Shown here: positions 28,064 through 37,569 of the stretch, piece after piece
Layout of the letters: each line of letters opens with the position of its first letter
How positions within the stretch are numbered: the stretch's first letter is position 1
Assembly (NCBI GenBank): GCA_963748015.1
Contig: CAVVHE010000009.1
Location: forward strand, 384,001 to 448,000
DNA from: Terriglobia bacterium
GTDB taxonomy: Bacteria; Acidobacteriota; Polarisedimenticolia; Polarisedimenticolales; JAIQFR01
Reading direction: 5' to 3'
DNA: 64,000 nucleotides
Position numbers and translations under genes: made by a program
Notes under the pieces: generated by a model
What the model saw: only the letters and a program-made list of their open reading frames with translations
Told to the model about the DNA's origin: nothing
The model's database searches: none

Positions 28064-29620
28064 CTAGGGAGACGTCACGCGAAGGTCGTACGACCCGTAG
28101 ATGCCGTGGTCGGAGGCGTGCTTCGAGCGGACGTAGAAGACCCCCGCCCGCGGCGCGGTCCAGACGATCCGCGAAGAGGGATCGCCGGTCGCGCGGTCAT
28201 CGTTCGAGGCGAGCACCGTGGTTCCGTTGGTGTCGAGGATCTCCAGGTAGGTATTGGCGTCCGACAGAAGATTGAGCGTCTCGACCGTGTACGAGGCGCT
28301 CGCGGTGGCCTGAAGGCTGAAGAGGTCGAGGTCGGCCTCTCCCTTGTGATTCCCGTCCGGATCGTAGAAGTAGGTCAGGTGAAGGGAGTTGCCGTTGACG
28401 GTCAGCGGCGTGGCCAGGGCGACCGTGTTGCTCGGCTCGAAGGCGTCCGGCCAGAACTCGATCGCGTAAAGGCCGAAGATGTCCTTCATCTCGAGGAAGT
28501 AGCCGTTCGAGATCGTCGGGTCGAACCACCCGTCCCAGAACGACTCGTCGGTCACGTACGTCGCGCTCTTGATCGGCCCGGTGTACACCTGCCACACCTC
28601 GGCATCCGGGAGCGCGAGCCGGTCCTGCGAGTCTTCGACGCCGGGAGTCGAGTCGGTGGTAGCGGCGGAGTCGCAGATGTCCCAGATCGTCCGCGAGACC
28701 GAGACCTCGCTGGTGTCCCCGGTGCACGGGTACTCGGTCGCGTCCTCGACGTTGTACCCGTTCAGCGCGTGCCCGGGCCCGGAGGCGCCGTCGGTCCGCA
28801 CGTAGATGTTCGAGAGAGGCATCCCGAAGTACCGGCGCACCGACAGCCCGAACGAGGTCGCGCGCCCCTCGTCGAAGGACAGGCGGAGATCCTCGTTGCA
28901 GTCGGAGAGATAATGGGTCCCGCCGGCGCTGCTGCTCTTCGAGTAGTTGTTCATCACGTAGTGCGCCCACTCGTGCAGGATGACCGCGTCGTCGTAGCCC
29001 CCGTTGTCGCGCAGCGTCGTGGTGCTCCCCGAGGTCCCGGAGACGGTGACCCCGCCGTTGGACTGCCACTTGATCGTGTAGGCCTGCGAAGGGCGGGAGC
29101 CCTTGACCGCCTTGACGTAGTCCGCGCCGAAGACCGCCAGGTCGAAGACGTTGAAGGCTTCCCCGCCGTTACCGACCGTCGCCACCATGGTCCCGAAGCT
29201 CACGCTGGTGTTGGGGTTGTGATTCGTCACGTCCGGAGAGCTGCCCGCGTAGTACGACCCTCCCTGATTGACGGTCTTGACGAAGAGGTCAAAGGTCGAA
29301 GTGGTGCGGGTGTACACCCTCACCCTCACGGTACGGATGCTCGAATCGGTGACGGCTACGCTGAACGCGCCGTTGGCGTCGGTCTTTCCCTTCGCGAGGA
29401 GGGCCTTCGTGCCGCTCTTGTTCGGGTCGAGCACCTCGACGTCGGCGTACCGGATCGGCTTCTCGGAGACGACCCCGGAGAAACCGGTCGCGTCCTGCTC
29501 GCGGTCCTGGTACTTGAAAACGCCCGACGCGGTCCAGTTCGCCCACGCGGGCAGCGAGGCGGCGAGAGCGAGTAGGCAGAGGGCCGTCCCTCGCAGGAGT
29601 CCCGAGATGGGGCGGCTCAT
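28064..29620 (-). CDS. Secreted zinc metallopeptidase (gluzincin-like) with C-terminal PPC-like domain
   Basis: Signal peptide (..LPAWA), VILHEWAH, downstream SFDEG, C-terminal D.DLF...Y.VET..NT.L...NDD..S.I...G.Y pattern. Confidence 0.78.
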   Translation of the reverse strand: MSRPISGLLRGTALCLLALAASLPAWANWTASGVFKYQDREQDATGFSGVVSEKPIRYADVEVLDPNKSGTKALLAKGKTDANGAFSVAVTDSSIRTVRVRVYTRTTSTFDLFVKTVNQGGSYYAGSSPDVTNHNPNTSVSFGTMVATVGNGGEAFNVFDLAVFGADYVKAVKGSRPSQAYTIKWQSNGGVTVSGTSGSTTTLRDNGGYDDAVILHEWAHYVMNNYSKSSSAGGTHYLSDCNEDLRLSFDEGRATSFGLSVRRYFGMPLSNIYVRTDGASGPGHALNGYNVEDATEYPCTGDTSEVSVSRTIWDICDSAATTDSTPGVEDSQDRLALPDAEVWQVYTGPIKSATYVTDESFWDGWFDPTISNGYFLEMKDIFGLYAIEFWPDAFEPSNTVALATPLTVNGNSLHLTYFYDPDGNHKGEADLDLFSLQATASASYTVETLNLLSDANTYLEILDTNGTTVLASNDDRATGDPSSRIVWTAPRAGVFYVRSKHASDHGIYGSYDLRVTSP

Positions 29621-30189
29621 GGCCGCACCTCCAACCGGAAGTTCACGACGGTGCCGTCGTCCACGGGTTGCGGACGAGTCACCCCGAGTGGCGCGGTCAC
29701 GACGATCTCCCCGCGGAGCGCGCCACCGGGGCCGTTCGCGGAGACCTCGACGACGATCTCGTGAAGGCCGGCCCGCTCGAGCGGCACCCTGAGCACGGCT
29801 CGGGCGCCCTCCCGGGCGCCGAGCGACGGGACGCCGGCATCGAGCTCGGCGGCCGCGCCCTCGCCGACACGGGACCACACGGGGCGCCCGGCATCGAAGG
29901 GGCGCGAAGCGACCGTCCACGGCGTGCCGTCGGGATGGAGCACGCGGATGCTCAGATCGGAGGCGGGCACCCGTGTCTGCACGACCACCTCGAGGTGCGC
30001 CTCCCCGGTCATTGCTGCTCCGTGGGAGGAATTCGAGGGAGAGGTGTCGATCAGCCGCGCCTGGACCTCGAGGTCGGAAAGGGCCTCGGTCGCGAGCGCC
30101 TGCGGCGCCAGCACCAACGCTACTGCGGGTAACACCAGGAGCACTGGCCATGCTGAGATCCCGCCGGGCCGCCGGGTACTTCGCGTCAT
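29617..30189 (-). CDS. Secreted hypothetical beta-rich protein, translationally coupled to the peptidase
   Basis: GGAGG RBS, signal peptide (..PQALA), ATGA overlap at 29617-29620. Confidence 0.7.
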   Translation of the reverse strand: MTRSTRRPGGISAWPVLLVLPAVALVLAPQALATEALSDLEVQARLIDTSPSNSSHGAAMTGEAHLEVVVQTRVPASDLSIRVLHPDGTPWTVASRPFDAGRPVWSRVGEGAAAELDAGVPSLGAREGARAVLRVPLERAGLHEIVVEVSANGPGGALRGEIVVTAPLGVTRPQPVDDGTVVNFRLEVRP

Positions 30190-30433
30190 GAATGGGTCCT
30201 CCCCTCGTCGGTGGCACGAGACCATGAACGGTTCCTGGGGGGTAGGTACGGCTTGCGCGGGGTCGAGTCAAGGCCTTTTCGGATCAAAGTTGTCGATTTT
30301 GTGTCCGGCATCACAACGACGCCACGTTTCGATGGCACACCCATAACGCGGCGCCGGCGGGCGGACCGGCGCCTAGTGGGCCAATCGCCTATACTGCGAC
30401 GCTTCGTCCCCTTTACTCGGAGGAGCGCCCGGC

Positions 30434-30922
30434 ATGGTCATCGGCAAGGACAAGGTGGTCTCGCTTCACTACACCCTCACCGGCTCGGACGGAGAGGTCA
30501 TCGACAGGTCCGAGGAAGGCGAGCCGTTCGACTATCTTCACGGGGCGGAAAACATCGTGCCTGGACTCGAGCGCGCCCTCGAGGGCCGCGGGCCCGGCGA
30601 CGAGCTCCGGGTCGCGGTCGCGGCGGAGGACGGCTACGGCGAGCGCGACGAGGAGATGCTCCTCGTGGTCCAGCGGGAGCGGTTCGAGGCCGCCGGCCCG
30701 CTCGAGACCGGCATGCGCTTCCAGGCCGATACTCCCGCCGGGGCGCGGGTCTTCACCATCACCGGCATCGAGGGCGACGAGGTCACGATCGACGGCAACC
30801 ATCCGCTCGCCGGCGAGACCCTGAACTTCGACGTGAGGGTGGTGGGGGTTCGCGACGCGACCGCGGAGGAGCTGGAGCACGGCCACCCGCACGGTCCGGA
30901 CGGCCACCATCATCACGGATAG
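30434..30922 (+). CDS. slyD: FKBP-type peptidyl-prolyl isomerase SlyD
   Basis: VVSLHYTL, YLHG..N..PGLE.AL, DGNHPLAG.TLNF, R.AT.EEL.HGH.H His-rich tail. Confidence 0.95.
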   Translation: MVIGKDKVVSLHYTLTGSDGEVIDRSEEGEPFDYLHGAENIVPGLERALEGRGPGDELRVAVAAEDGYGERDEEMLLVVQRERFEAAGPLETGMRFQADTPAGARVFTITGIEGDEVTIDGNHPLAGETLNFDVRVVGVRDATAEELEHGHPHGPDGHHHHG

Positions 30923-31100
30923 CCCGCATTATTCACGAAGGTCCGTCGCGAGACCGCGGAGATGGCCGTCCTACCGGGCGCGCGGAGGCCCGAGGACCCG
31001 AAGGCATGCTTGCGGCATGTCGAGGGTCCGAGGGCCGAGCACGCACGGAGGGACGGCCAGATACGCGGTCGCAGCAGGAGCTTCGTGAATAATGCGGGCT
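30921..31100. mobile_element. 180-bp MITE-like element with perfect 20-bp terminal inverted repeats
   Basis: AGCCCGCATTATTCACGAAG (30921-30940) and CTTCGTGAATAATGCGGGCT (31081-31100); nested internal inverted segments. Confidence 0.8.
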
Positions 31101-31165
31101 GGGGCGCCGCGGAAACCGCGGGCCGGCCGCCGACGTACCATCCGTGACACCGAGAGGAGGAGCGG

Positions 31166-31444
31166 ATGGGACTGATCAACTGGATCTTCGACTTCTACCA
31201 GCAGTACCGGATCGACCAGCTCCAGAAGGAGACCGCGCAAACCCAGGCCGCGGTCCGCACGCCCTCCGGCGGCGTCGACGCCGAGAAGCTGGAGCGGGCG
31301 ATCGGCGAGCTGGCGCTCGCGGTGAAGACGATCCAGCGGGTCGTCGTCGAGAAGGGCATCTGCACGCCCGACGAGCTCCACGCCAAGCTGCGGCAGATCG
31401 ACCTCGAGGACGGCCGGGAGGACGGGCGCTCGCCCGTCCCGTGA
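31166..31444 (+). CDS. Small hypothetical protein
   Basis: GAGGAG RBS, 92-aa ORF with coiled-coil character and C-terminal IDLEDGREDG. Confidence 0.75.
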   Translation: MGLINWIFDFYQQYRIDQLQKETAQTQAAVRTPSGGVDAEKLERAIGELALAVKTIQRVVVEKGICTPDELHAKLRQIDLEDGREDGRSPVP

Positions 31445-31565
31445 GGACCCGGCGTCCGCCTCGCGCTTTGGTCTTCCGGGGCCGGATGGGGTAATCTGGT
31501 CGCCTGAGCATGGGATCGCGGAACGGCGTCGAGGGGGCGCACGCGCCGCGCACGGAGCCGCCGTC

Positions 31566-31904
31566 ATGAGCATGAAGAGAATCGCATCGCTGCTCGTCGT
31601 GTTCGCCGCCGCATCTTCGCTGGTCATGGCCGGCGAGGTCTACGGGAAAGTCCTCGAAGGCGCCGCCTCGGTGGGCGACGGGGCCACGGTCGAGGCGAAG
31701 TGCGGGGCCAAGGCCTATCCCGCGGTCAAGACCGACAAGGCCGGCACGTACCACCTCGTCCTGGCCGAGACCGGGAAGTGCACGATGACCGTCAAGTACA
31801 AGGGACAGGCCGCGAGCCTCGAGATCGCCTCCTACGACGACGCGGTCCAGTACGATCTCGTGGTGGAAGCGAAGGACGGGAAGCTCGCCGTCCGCCGGAA
31901 ATAG
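31566..31904 (+). CDS. Small secreted beta-sandwich protein (carboxypeptidase regulatory-like fold possible)
   Basis: Signal peptide, YGKV..GA.V...C..TD..G.Y pattern, two Cys. Confidence 0.72.
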   Translation: MSMKRIASLLVVFAAASSLVMAGEVYGKVLEGAASVGDGATVEAKCGAKAYPAVKTDKAGTYHLVLAETGKCTMTVKYKGQAASLEIASYDDAVQYDLVVEAKDGKLAVRRK

Positions 31905-31920
31905 GGCTCGGGGCGACGGG

Positions 31921-32808
31921 ATGTCCGCTTCGGGGCCGAAGGACTTCTGGGACAAGGTGGCGATCGTCGTGCACCCGCTCGGCGGACTCCTCATCGGGGT
32001 CGCCGTCGCGGGCGTGGGCTACATGGGGTCCGACGCGCTGAACCGCCGCCAGACCCTCGACACCAACGCGCGCCTCTACTCGGAGCTGATGAGTCGCAGG
32101 GAGGAGTCCGAGAGCAGCCTTCGCAAGGACATGTTCGTCTCGATCATCCAGAACTTCCTCACGCCGAAGGAGGGGGACCTGGACTCGAAGGTGCTGAACC
32201 TCGAGCTGCTCGCGTACAACTTCCACGAGTCGCTCAACCTGAAGCCGCTGTTCCTCGACATCTCGAGGCGCATCCAGAGACTTCCCGCGAAGGACCGGGT
32301 CGAGTACCTCGACCGCGTGAACCGCGTCGCGAAGGAGATCACCGCCAAGCAGCTGTTCGCCCTCGAGGGGCACGGGAAGAGCTTTCGCCGGTCCGTGGAC
32401 CTCGACGCGGTCCGGAGCACGCCGGGGGGCGTCGCGCTCGACGGCGAGTCCATCCGTCTCGGCAGCAAGGGCTGCGACGTGAGCATGCGCGCGCTGAAGT
32501 CCGACCCGGACGGGCAGCAGATCACGGTGAGGCTCGAGGTCAGAGCGCCCGAAGGCTCGCCCGAGCAGGCCGACACGCGGGCGACCTTCAACGTCGGCTG
32601 GTTCGACTTCCCGATGATCGACAACACGCGCCTCGCGAACGGCCTGCGCTGCGCCGTCACCCTCAGCGCGTTCTCCCCCTCGATCGCGGACGTCACCACC
32701 GTGTGCTTCCCGGGCGAGTACGCCAGCCTCAAGGACCGCCCGTATTACGACGAGGTGATCCAGAAGCTGCAGGAGGCGGCGCGGGAAACGCCGGCCGGGA
32801 AGCCCTGA
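31921..32808 (+). CDS. Hypothetical membrane-anchored protein
   Basis: N-terminal KDFWDK plus TM helix; strong GC3 codon bias. Confidence 0.75.
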   Translation: MSASGPKDFWDKVAIVVHPLGGLLIGVAVAGVGYMGSDALNRRQTLDTNARLYSELMSRREESESSLRKDMFVSIIQNFLTPKEGDLDSKVLNLELLAYNFHESLNLKPLFLDISRRIQRLPAKDRVEYLDRVNRVAKEITAKQLFALEGHGKSFRRSVDLDAVRSTPGGVALDGESIRLGSKGCDVSMRALKSDPDGQQITVRLEVRAPEGSPEQADTRATFNVGWFDFPMIDNTRLANGLRCAVTLSAFSPSIADVTTVCFPGEYASLKDRPYYDEVIQKLQEAARETPAGKP

Positions 32809-32836
32809 CCGTCCCACGGCCGGGAGGAGCGACGGC

Positions 32837-34183
32837 ATGACCCGGAAACGGGAACGGCCGCGCGGTCGCCGCCGGCTCGCCGCGATCGCGGTCTTCGTCC
32901 TCGCGGCGCTCACCTTCGCCTGTCGCTCCGACATCGTCGTCCGCGTCTTCACCCGAGTCTACGAGGACGGCAGCGTCTCGCGGCGCGTCGAGATCACGGG
33001 GCGCCGGGCCGACGAGTCGAAGCCCGCGGAGAAGGACTGGCTGGAGAAGGAGGCTGGAATCCGCCTCGCCCGTCCCGAGGCCTGGGCGCGGCACGAGGCG
33101 AGCACCGGGCGCCTCTACGCCGAGGGGACGTTCCCCTCGGCGGCGGACGTTCCATCCTCGCTCGCGTTCCAGACCGACGCGGGGCTGGTGCCGGACGGAG
33201 CGCAGCCTGCTCTCGCGGTCGAGAGCCTCGTGATCCTCAAGCGCTGGGTCTACACCGAGACCTACGCCGACCCCTTCGGCGCGTCCGCCGTCGGGTCCGC
33301 GCTCGACCGCCTGGCGGGAATCGTCGCGGAGGCGCTCGCCGACGAGCTGCACCGGCAGATGGGGGAGAAGCTGGACACCGCGCCGGCCGAGCGGTTCGTG
33401 AAGACCGAGGCGCGCGCGCTCGCGGGCGAGCTGCTCGACGCGCGGGGGAAGAACCCCGGCGACGCGCGGGCCGCGGCGCGCGAGGCCGCGTACGCGAAGG
33501 TCCTCGCGAAGCACGGCCTTGCCGTGGCGCCGGCCGGCGAGAAGAAGTTCTGGGACGCGCAGCAGGCCGGCCTGATCGAGTGGTCGCGCCGCCGGGTCGC
33601 GGAAGCGCTGTCCCGTCCCGACGCGCCCGTGTCCCCCGCGGCCCTCGCGTTCTGGCCCACGGAGGACAGCTGGGAGGAACGAGCGAAGGAGGTCCTGGAG
33701 CGGGTCTTCGGGTCCGACGAGGCGCTCGAAGATTCGTTGACGCCGTCGATTCGCGCGCTCTCGGGGTACTACGGCGATTCGGGATCGCCGCGCTTCCGCT
33801 TCGAGGCGGCGCTCGAGATGCCCGGGCGCCTCCTGGCGACCAACGGCACCCCCGGCCGCGAGGGCATGACCTGGTTCCTGCGCGACGAGGACCTGGGCAC
33901 CGCCGGCCGCACGCTCGAGGCCGAGTCGGTCGCGCTGGACGACGAGAAGCTCCGCGCCCTCGGCGCGCGCCGCGAGTTCGAGCCCGCGCAGCTCCTAGAG
34001 CTCACCGACATCCTCGCGCGCCGCGATCCCGACGGCGCCCTCCGCCGGGCCCTGACGGCCGCGGTGGAGAAGGGGCGGCTCTCGATGCTGCGCGAGAAGG
34101 ACGCCGTGCCCGGCGTGCCGGAGCTGCTCGTCCGCGAGTTGGCGGACCTCCTCGACCCCGCCGTGCCCCTGTCCGCGCGCTAA
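32837..34183 (+). CDS. Hypothetical lipoprotein
   Basis: Basic N-terminus, hydrophobic stretch and lipobox-like TFAC. Confidence 0.7.
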   Translation: MTRKRERPRGRRRLAAIAVFVLAALTFACRSDIVVRVFTRVYEDGSVSRRVEITGRRADESKPAEKDWLEKEAGIRLARPEAWARHEASTGRLYAEGTFPSAADVPSSLAFQTDAGLVPDGAQPALAVESLVILKRWVYTETYADPFGASAVGSALDRLAGIVAEALADELHRQMGEKLDTAPAERFVKTEARALAGELLDARGKNPGDARAAAREAAYAKVLAKHGLAVAPAGEKKFWDAQQAGLIEWSRRRVAEALSRPDAPVSPAALAFWPTEDSWEERAKEVLERVFGSDEALEDSLTPSIRALSGYYGDSGSPRFRFEAALEMPGRLLATNGTPGREGMTWFLRDEDLGTAGRTLEAESVALDDEKLRALGARREFEPAQLLELTDILARRDPDGALRRALTAAVEKGRLSMLREKDAVPGVPELLVRELADLLDPAVPLSAR

Positions 34184-34191
34184 CCCCGATG

Positions 34192-34262
34192 GACGACCGA
34201 GGCGGGAGTGTCCGCAGACAGCCCTTTTTCGGGCTGGCGCGGACACTCCCGCTTCGGTCGTC
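34192..34262. repeat. Long intergenic hairpin, copy 1 of a structured repeat family
   Basis: 24-bp outer stem, bulge, AGCCC-TTTTTC-GGGCT inner stem-loop; its reverse complement aligns with 63220-63288. Confidence 0.75.
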
Positions 34263-34342
34263 TGGCCAGCTTGACGCGAAGGGCCTGTTTGTGCTCTTCT
34301 CGAATCCCCATCCCACAGGCCTTTCTCCAGGGAGGACGCGTT

Positions 34343-35551
34343 ATGCGGCGACGCGGATTCGACACGAAGGCGATCCACGAAGGACACCGGAAATTCCATC
34401 CCGACTCGACCCTGGTCCCGATCTACCAAAGCGTCGCCTACCCCTACGAGGACGCCCGTGAGGCCGCGGAGATCTTCAGGGGCGAGAAGCCCGGCTACAC
34501 CTACGGCCGCTGGGACAACCCGACCGTCGAGGCGTTCGAGAAGCGGATGGCCGCGCTCGAGGGGGCCGAGGCCGCGATCGCTGCCGCGTCCGGCATGTCC
34601 GCGATCTTCCTGCTGACGCACCAGCTCGTGAAGGCCGGGGACGACGTGGTGTCGTCCAACCGGGTTTACGGCGGCACGTTCGGCCTGTTCGACGTCGGCC
34701 TGCCGCGGATGGGGGCATCGGTCAGCTGGGTCACGAGCCCCGAGTCCATCGAGGCGTGGGAGGCGGCGATCACGCCGCGGACCCGCTTCCTGTTCGTCGA
34801 GAGCCCGAGCAACCCCGGGCTCTTCATCGGCGACATCCGCAAGCTCGCTCAACTCGCGCACTCCCGGGGCATCCCGCTCGTCGTGGACAACACGATCTGC
34901 ACGCCGGCCCTGCAGCGCCCGATCGAGATGGGCGCCGACGTCGTCGTCCACTCGACCACCAAGTACATCTGCGGCAACGCTTCGGCGCTCGGCGGCATCG
35001 TCGTCGGCTCGAAGCAGCTGATCGAGGACGGGATCCGGAAAGGACCGATCCGCTATCTCGGCCCCGCGATGTCCCCGTTCAACGCGTGGCTCAATCTCCT
35101 GTCGCTCGAGCACCTCTCGCTCCGCATGCAGCGCCACTGCGAGAACGCGCAGGCGCTCGCGGAGTGGCTCGAGAAACACCCGCAGGTCGTCTCGGTGAAC
35201 TACCCGGGGCTCCCCTCGAATCCGTACCATCCCATGGTCGCGCCGCAGATGAAGGGGTGCAGCTCGCTGATGTCCTTCGTGATCCAGGGCGACTACGACG
35301 ACGCGGTCACGGTGATCGACTCGCTCGAGCTGTGGACGCACGCGACGCACCTCGGCACCTGCAAGACGATCGTCACGCACCCGGCCTCGACGACGCACTC
35401 CGCGATGGGGCCCGAGGAGCTGAAGAAGGCGGGGATCCCGGCGACGATGATCCGCGTGTCGGTCGGTCTCGAGGACGCGGCCGACATCATCGAGGACATC
35501 GAGCAGGCGCTGGCCCGGATCGGCGCCAAGTCGACCGCCGGCAAGCGCTGA
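34343..35551 (+). CDS. Cys/Met metabolism PLP-dependent enzyme (MetZ/MetB/methionine gamma-lyase family)
   Basis: T.AIH.G, PIYQS, Y.R..NPT, LEG, SGM.AI, ESP.NP, VDNT, HSTTKY (PLP Lys), HPASTTHS, R.SVGLED; GGAGG RBS. Confidence 0.93.
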   Translation: MRRRGFDTKAIHEGHRKFHPDSTLVPIYQSVAYPYEDAREAAEIFRGEKPGYTYGRWDNPTVEAFEKRMAALEGAEAAIAAASGMSAIFLLTHQLVKAGDDVVSSNRVYGGTFGLFDVGLPRMGASVSWVTSPESIEAWEAAITPRTRFLFVESPSNPGLFIGDIRKLAQLAHSRGIPLVVDNTICTPALQRPIEMGADVVVHSTTKYICGNASALGGIVVGSKQLIEDGIRKGPIRYLGPAMSPFNAWLNLLSLEHLSLRMQRHCENAQALAEWLEKHPQVVSVNYPGLPSNPYHPMVAPQMKGCSSLMSFVIQGDYDDAVTVIDSLELWTHATHLGTCKTIVTHPASTTHSAMGPEELKKAGIPATMIRVSVGLEDAADIIEDIEQALARIGAKSTAGKR

Positions 35552-35606
35552 GCCGGTTTCGCGGGTAGCCGGCAGCGTCCGCGCGAAGCTGGGCTATCCT
35601 TCGCCC

Positions 35607-37556
35607 ATGCAGCCGCTCGTCCGCCACCGCGGCCGGGCCGTGGCGTTGGCCCTCCTCGCCGCGGCCGTGCTCCTCGCCTTCTGGCCGGTGCTGCACCACG
35701 ACTTCAACGAGTACGACGACACGAAGTACGTCACGCGGAACGGCCGCATCAAGGACGGGATCACGCCCGACAGCCTGCGCTGGGCCTTCACCTCGTTCCA
35801 CGCCTCCAACTGGCATCCGCTGACCTGGATCTCCCACATGCTCGACTGGCGGCTGTACGGCGCCTCCGCCGGAGGGCACCACGCCACCAGCCTCCTCCTC
35901 CACCTCCTCAACACGTGGCTGCTGTTCCTGGTCCTCGACGCCGCGACGGGGAGGACGGGACGCAGCGCGGCGGTGGCCGCCCTCTTCGCGGTGCACCCCC
36001 TCCACGTGGAGTCGGTGGCGTGGATCGCGGAGCGCAAGGACGTGCTGAGCACCCTCTTCTGGCTGCTCGCGACGCTGGCCTACGTGCGGCACGTCCGGTC
36101 TCGGGGGACGGGGAAATCCGTCGCGGTCGCGGCGCTCTTCGCCCTCGGCCTGATGGCCAAGCCGATGCTCGTCACGCTGCCGTTCGCGCTCCTGCTCCTC
36201 GACGCGTGGCCGCTCGGGCGGTTCGGCGGGCGGCGCGCGGGCGGCGTCTTTGGGCGCATTCCGGCCGGGCTTCTCTCCGAGAAGATCCCGCTGTTCCTCC
36301 TCGCGGGAGCGTCCTGCGTGGTCACGTTCCTCGCCCAGCGCGGCACGATCGGCTCCGTCGAGCGTTATCCCGTGCCGGTCCGCCTCGCGAACGCGGTGGT
36401 GTCCTACGCCGCCTACCTGGTCAAGACCGTCTGGCCCACCGACCTCGCGGTGTTCTACCCGCACCGTGGGCTCGTGCCGGCGTGGCAGCTCGCGGCCTCC
36501 GCCGCCGCGCTCGCGATCGTGACCGTCGCGGCGTTCCGCCTGAGGCGCGGGCGGCCGTACCTGCTCGTGGGCTGGCTCTGGTACCTGGGCACGCTCGTCC
36601 CGGTGATCGGCCTCGTCCAGGTCGGGAAGCAGTCGATGGCGGACCGGTACACGTACGTGCCGCTCATCGGCATCTTCGTGATCGCGGTCTGGGGGGCGGC
36701 CGATGCGATCGGCGCGCTCGCTCGCTCCCGCGACGGAGCGCGGGGCCCGGCGGCGGCCGGTGGACCGGATCCTTTCTGGCTGCTCGTCCCCGCCGTCGCG
36801 GTCGTCCTGCCGCTGATGGCGGCCACCCGCGCCCAGCTCCTGCACTGGCGGGACCCCGTGACGCTCTTCGAGCGGGCGGTCGCGGTGGCCGAGAGCGACG
36901 TCGCGCACGCGAACCTCGGCGAGGCGCTGCTGAACCTCGATAGGAACGTCGAGGCGGAGGTCCAGTTCCGGGCGGCGCTTCGCATCGATCCTTACGTCGC
37001 CGAGGCGCACAACGGCCTCGGGCTGATCCTCGAGGGAAGCGGGCGGCTCGACGAGGCCCGGCAGCACTACGAGGAGGCCGTGCGAATCCGGCCGAGCTAC
37101 GCGATCGCGCAGCGGAACCTCGGTCGCCTCCTCGCCGCGATGGGGCGGACGGACGAGGCGATCGCTCACGACGAGGCCGCCCTGGCACTCGATCCGAGCG
37201 ACAGCCGGACGCACGAGAGCCTGGGTGCCGCGCTGGCCTCGAAGGGCAAGCTGGAGGACGCGGTCGCGCACTACGAGGCGGCGCTCCGGGGCGACCCCAA
37301 CTCCCCGGAGACCCACAACAACCTCGGGAGCGCGCTCTCGCGCCTGAACCGCGGGGACGAAGCGTTCCGTCACTTCCGCGAGGCGATTCGACTCCGTCCC
37401 GAATACGCGATCGCCCACTACAACCTGGCGACCGAGCTGTACTTCATGGGGAGATTCGGCGAGGCATGGGACGAGGTGCGCGCGGCGAGGCGCCTCGGGT
37501 TCGTCCCTCCGCAGCGTTTCGTCGACCTGCTCTCCTCGAAGCTGCCGGAGCCCTAG
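35607..37556 (+). CDS. TMTC-like GT-C membrane glycosyltransferase with TPR repeats (paralogue of 14461-16227)
   Basis: YDD, NWHPLTWIS, HPLHVESVAWIAERKD, ADRYTYVP, TPR repeats. Confidence 0.87.
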   Translation: MQPLVRHRGRAVALALLAAAVLLAFWPVLHHDFNEYDDTKYVTRNGRIKDGITPDSLRWAFTSFHASNWHPLTWISHMLDWRLYGASAGGHHATSLLLHLLNTWLLFLVLDAATGRTGRSAAVAALFAVHPLHVESVAWIAERKDVLSTLFWLLATLAYVRHVRSRGTGKSVAVAALFALGLMAKPMLVTLPFALLLLDAWPLGRFGGRRAGGVFGRIPAGLLSEKIPLFLLAGASCVVTFLAQRGTIGSVERYPVPVRLANAVVSYAAYLVKTVWPTDLAVFYPHRGLVPAWQLAASAAALAIVTVAAFRLRRGRPYLLVGWLWYLGTLVPVIGLVQVGKQSMADRYTYVPLIGIFVIAVWGAADAIGALARSRDGARGPAAAGGPDPFWLLVPAVAVVLPLMAATRAQLLHWRDPVTLFERAVAVAESDVAHANLGEALLNLDRNVEAEVQFRAALRIDPYVAEAHNGLGLILEGSGRLDEARQHYEEAVRIRPSYAIAQRNLGRLLAAMGRTDEAIAHDEAALALDPSDSRTHESLGAALASKGKLEDAVAHYEAALRGDPNSPETHNNLGSALSRLNRGDEAFRHFREAIRLRPEYAIAHYNLATELYFMGRFGEAWDEVRAARRLGFVPPQRFVDLLSSKLPEP

Positions 37557-37569
37557 GGAGCGCGCACGC

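Noticed and set aside
30434..30922. slyD as a dedicated hydrogenase maturation gene
   Set aside because: It is 4 kb from the operon, on the other strand, and is a common housekeeping gene; the link is unsupported.
34184..34342. SAM riboswitch upstream of the Cys/Met PLP enzyme
   Set aside because: No SAM-I or SAM-II core motifs seen; the hairpin instead matches the repeat at 63220-63288.
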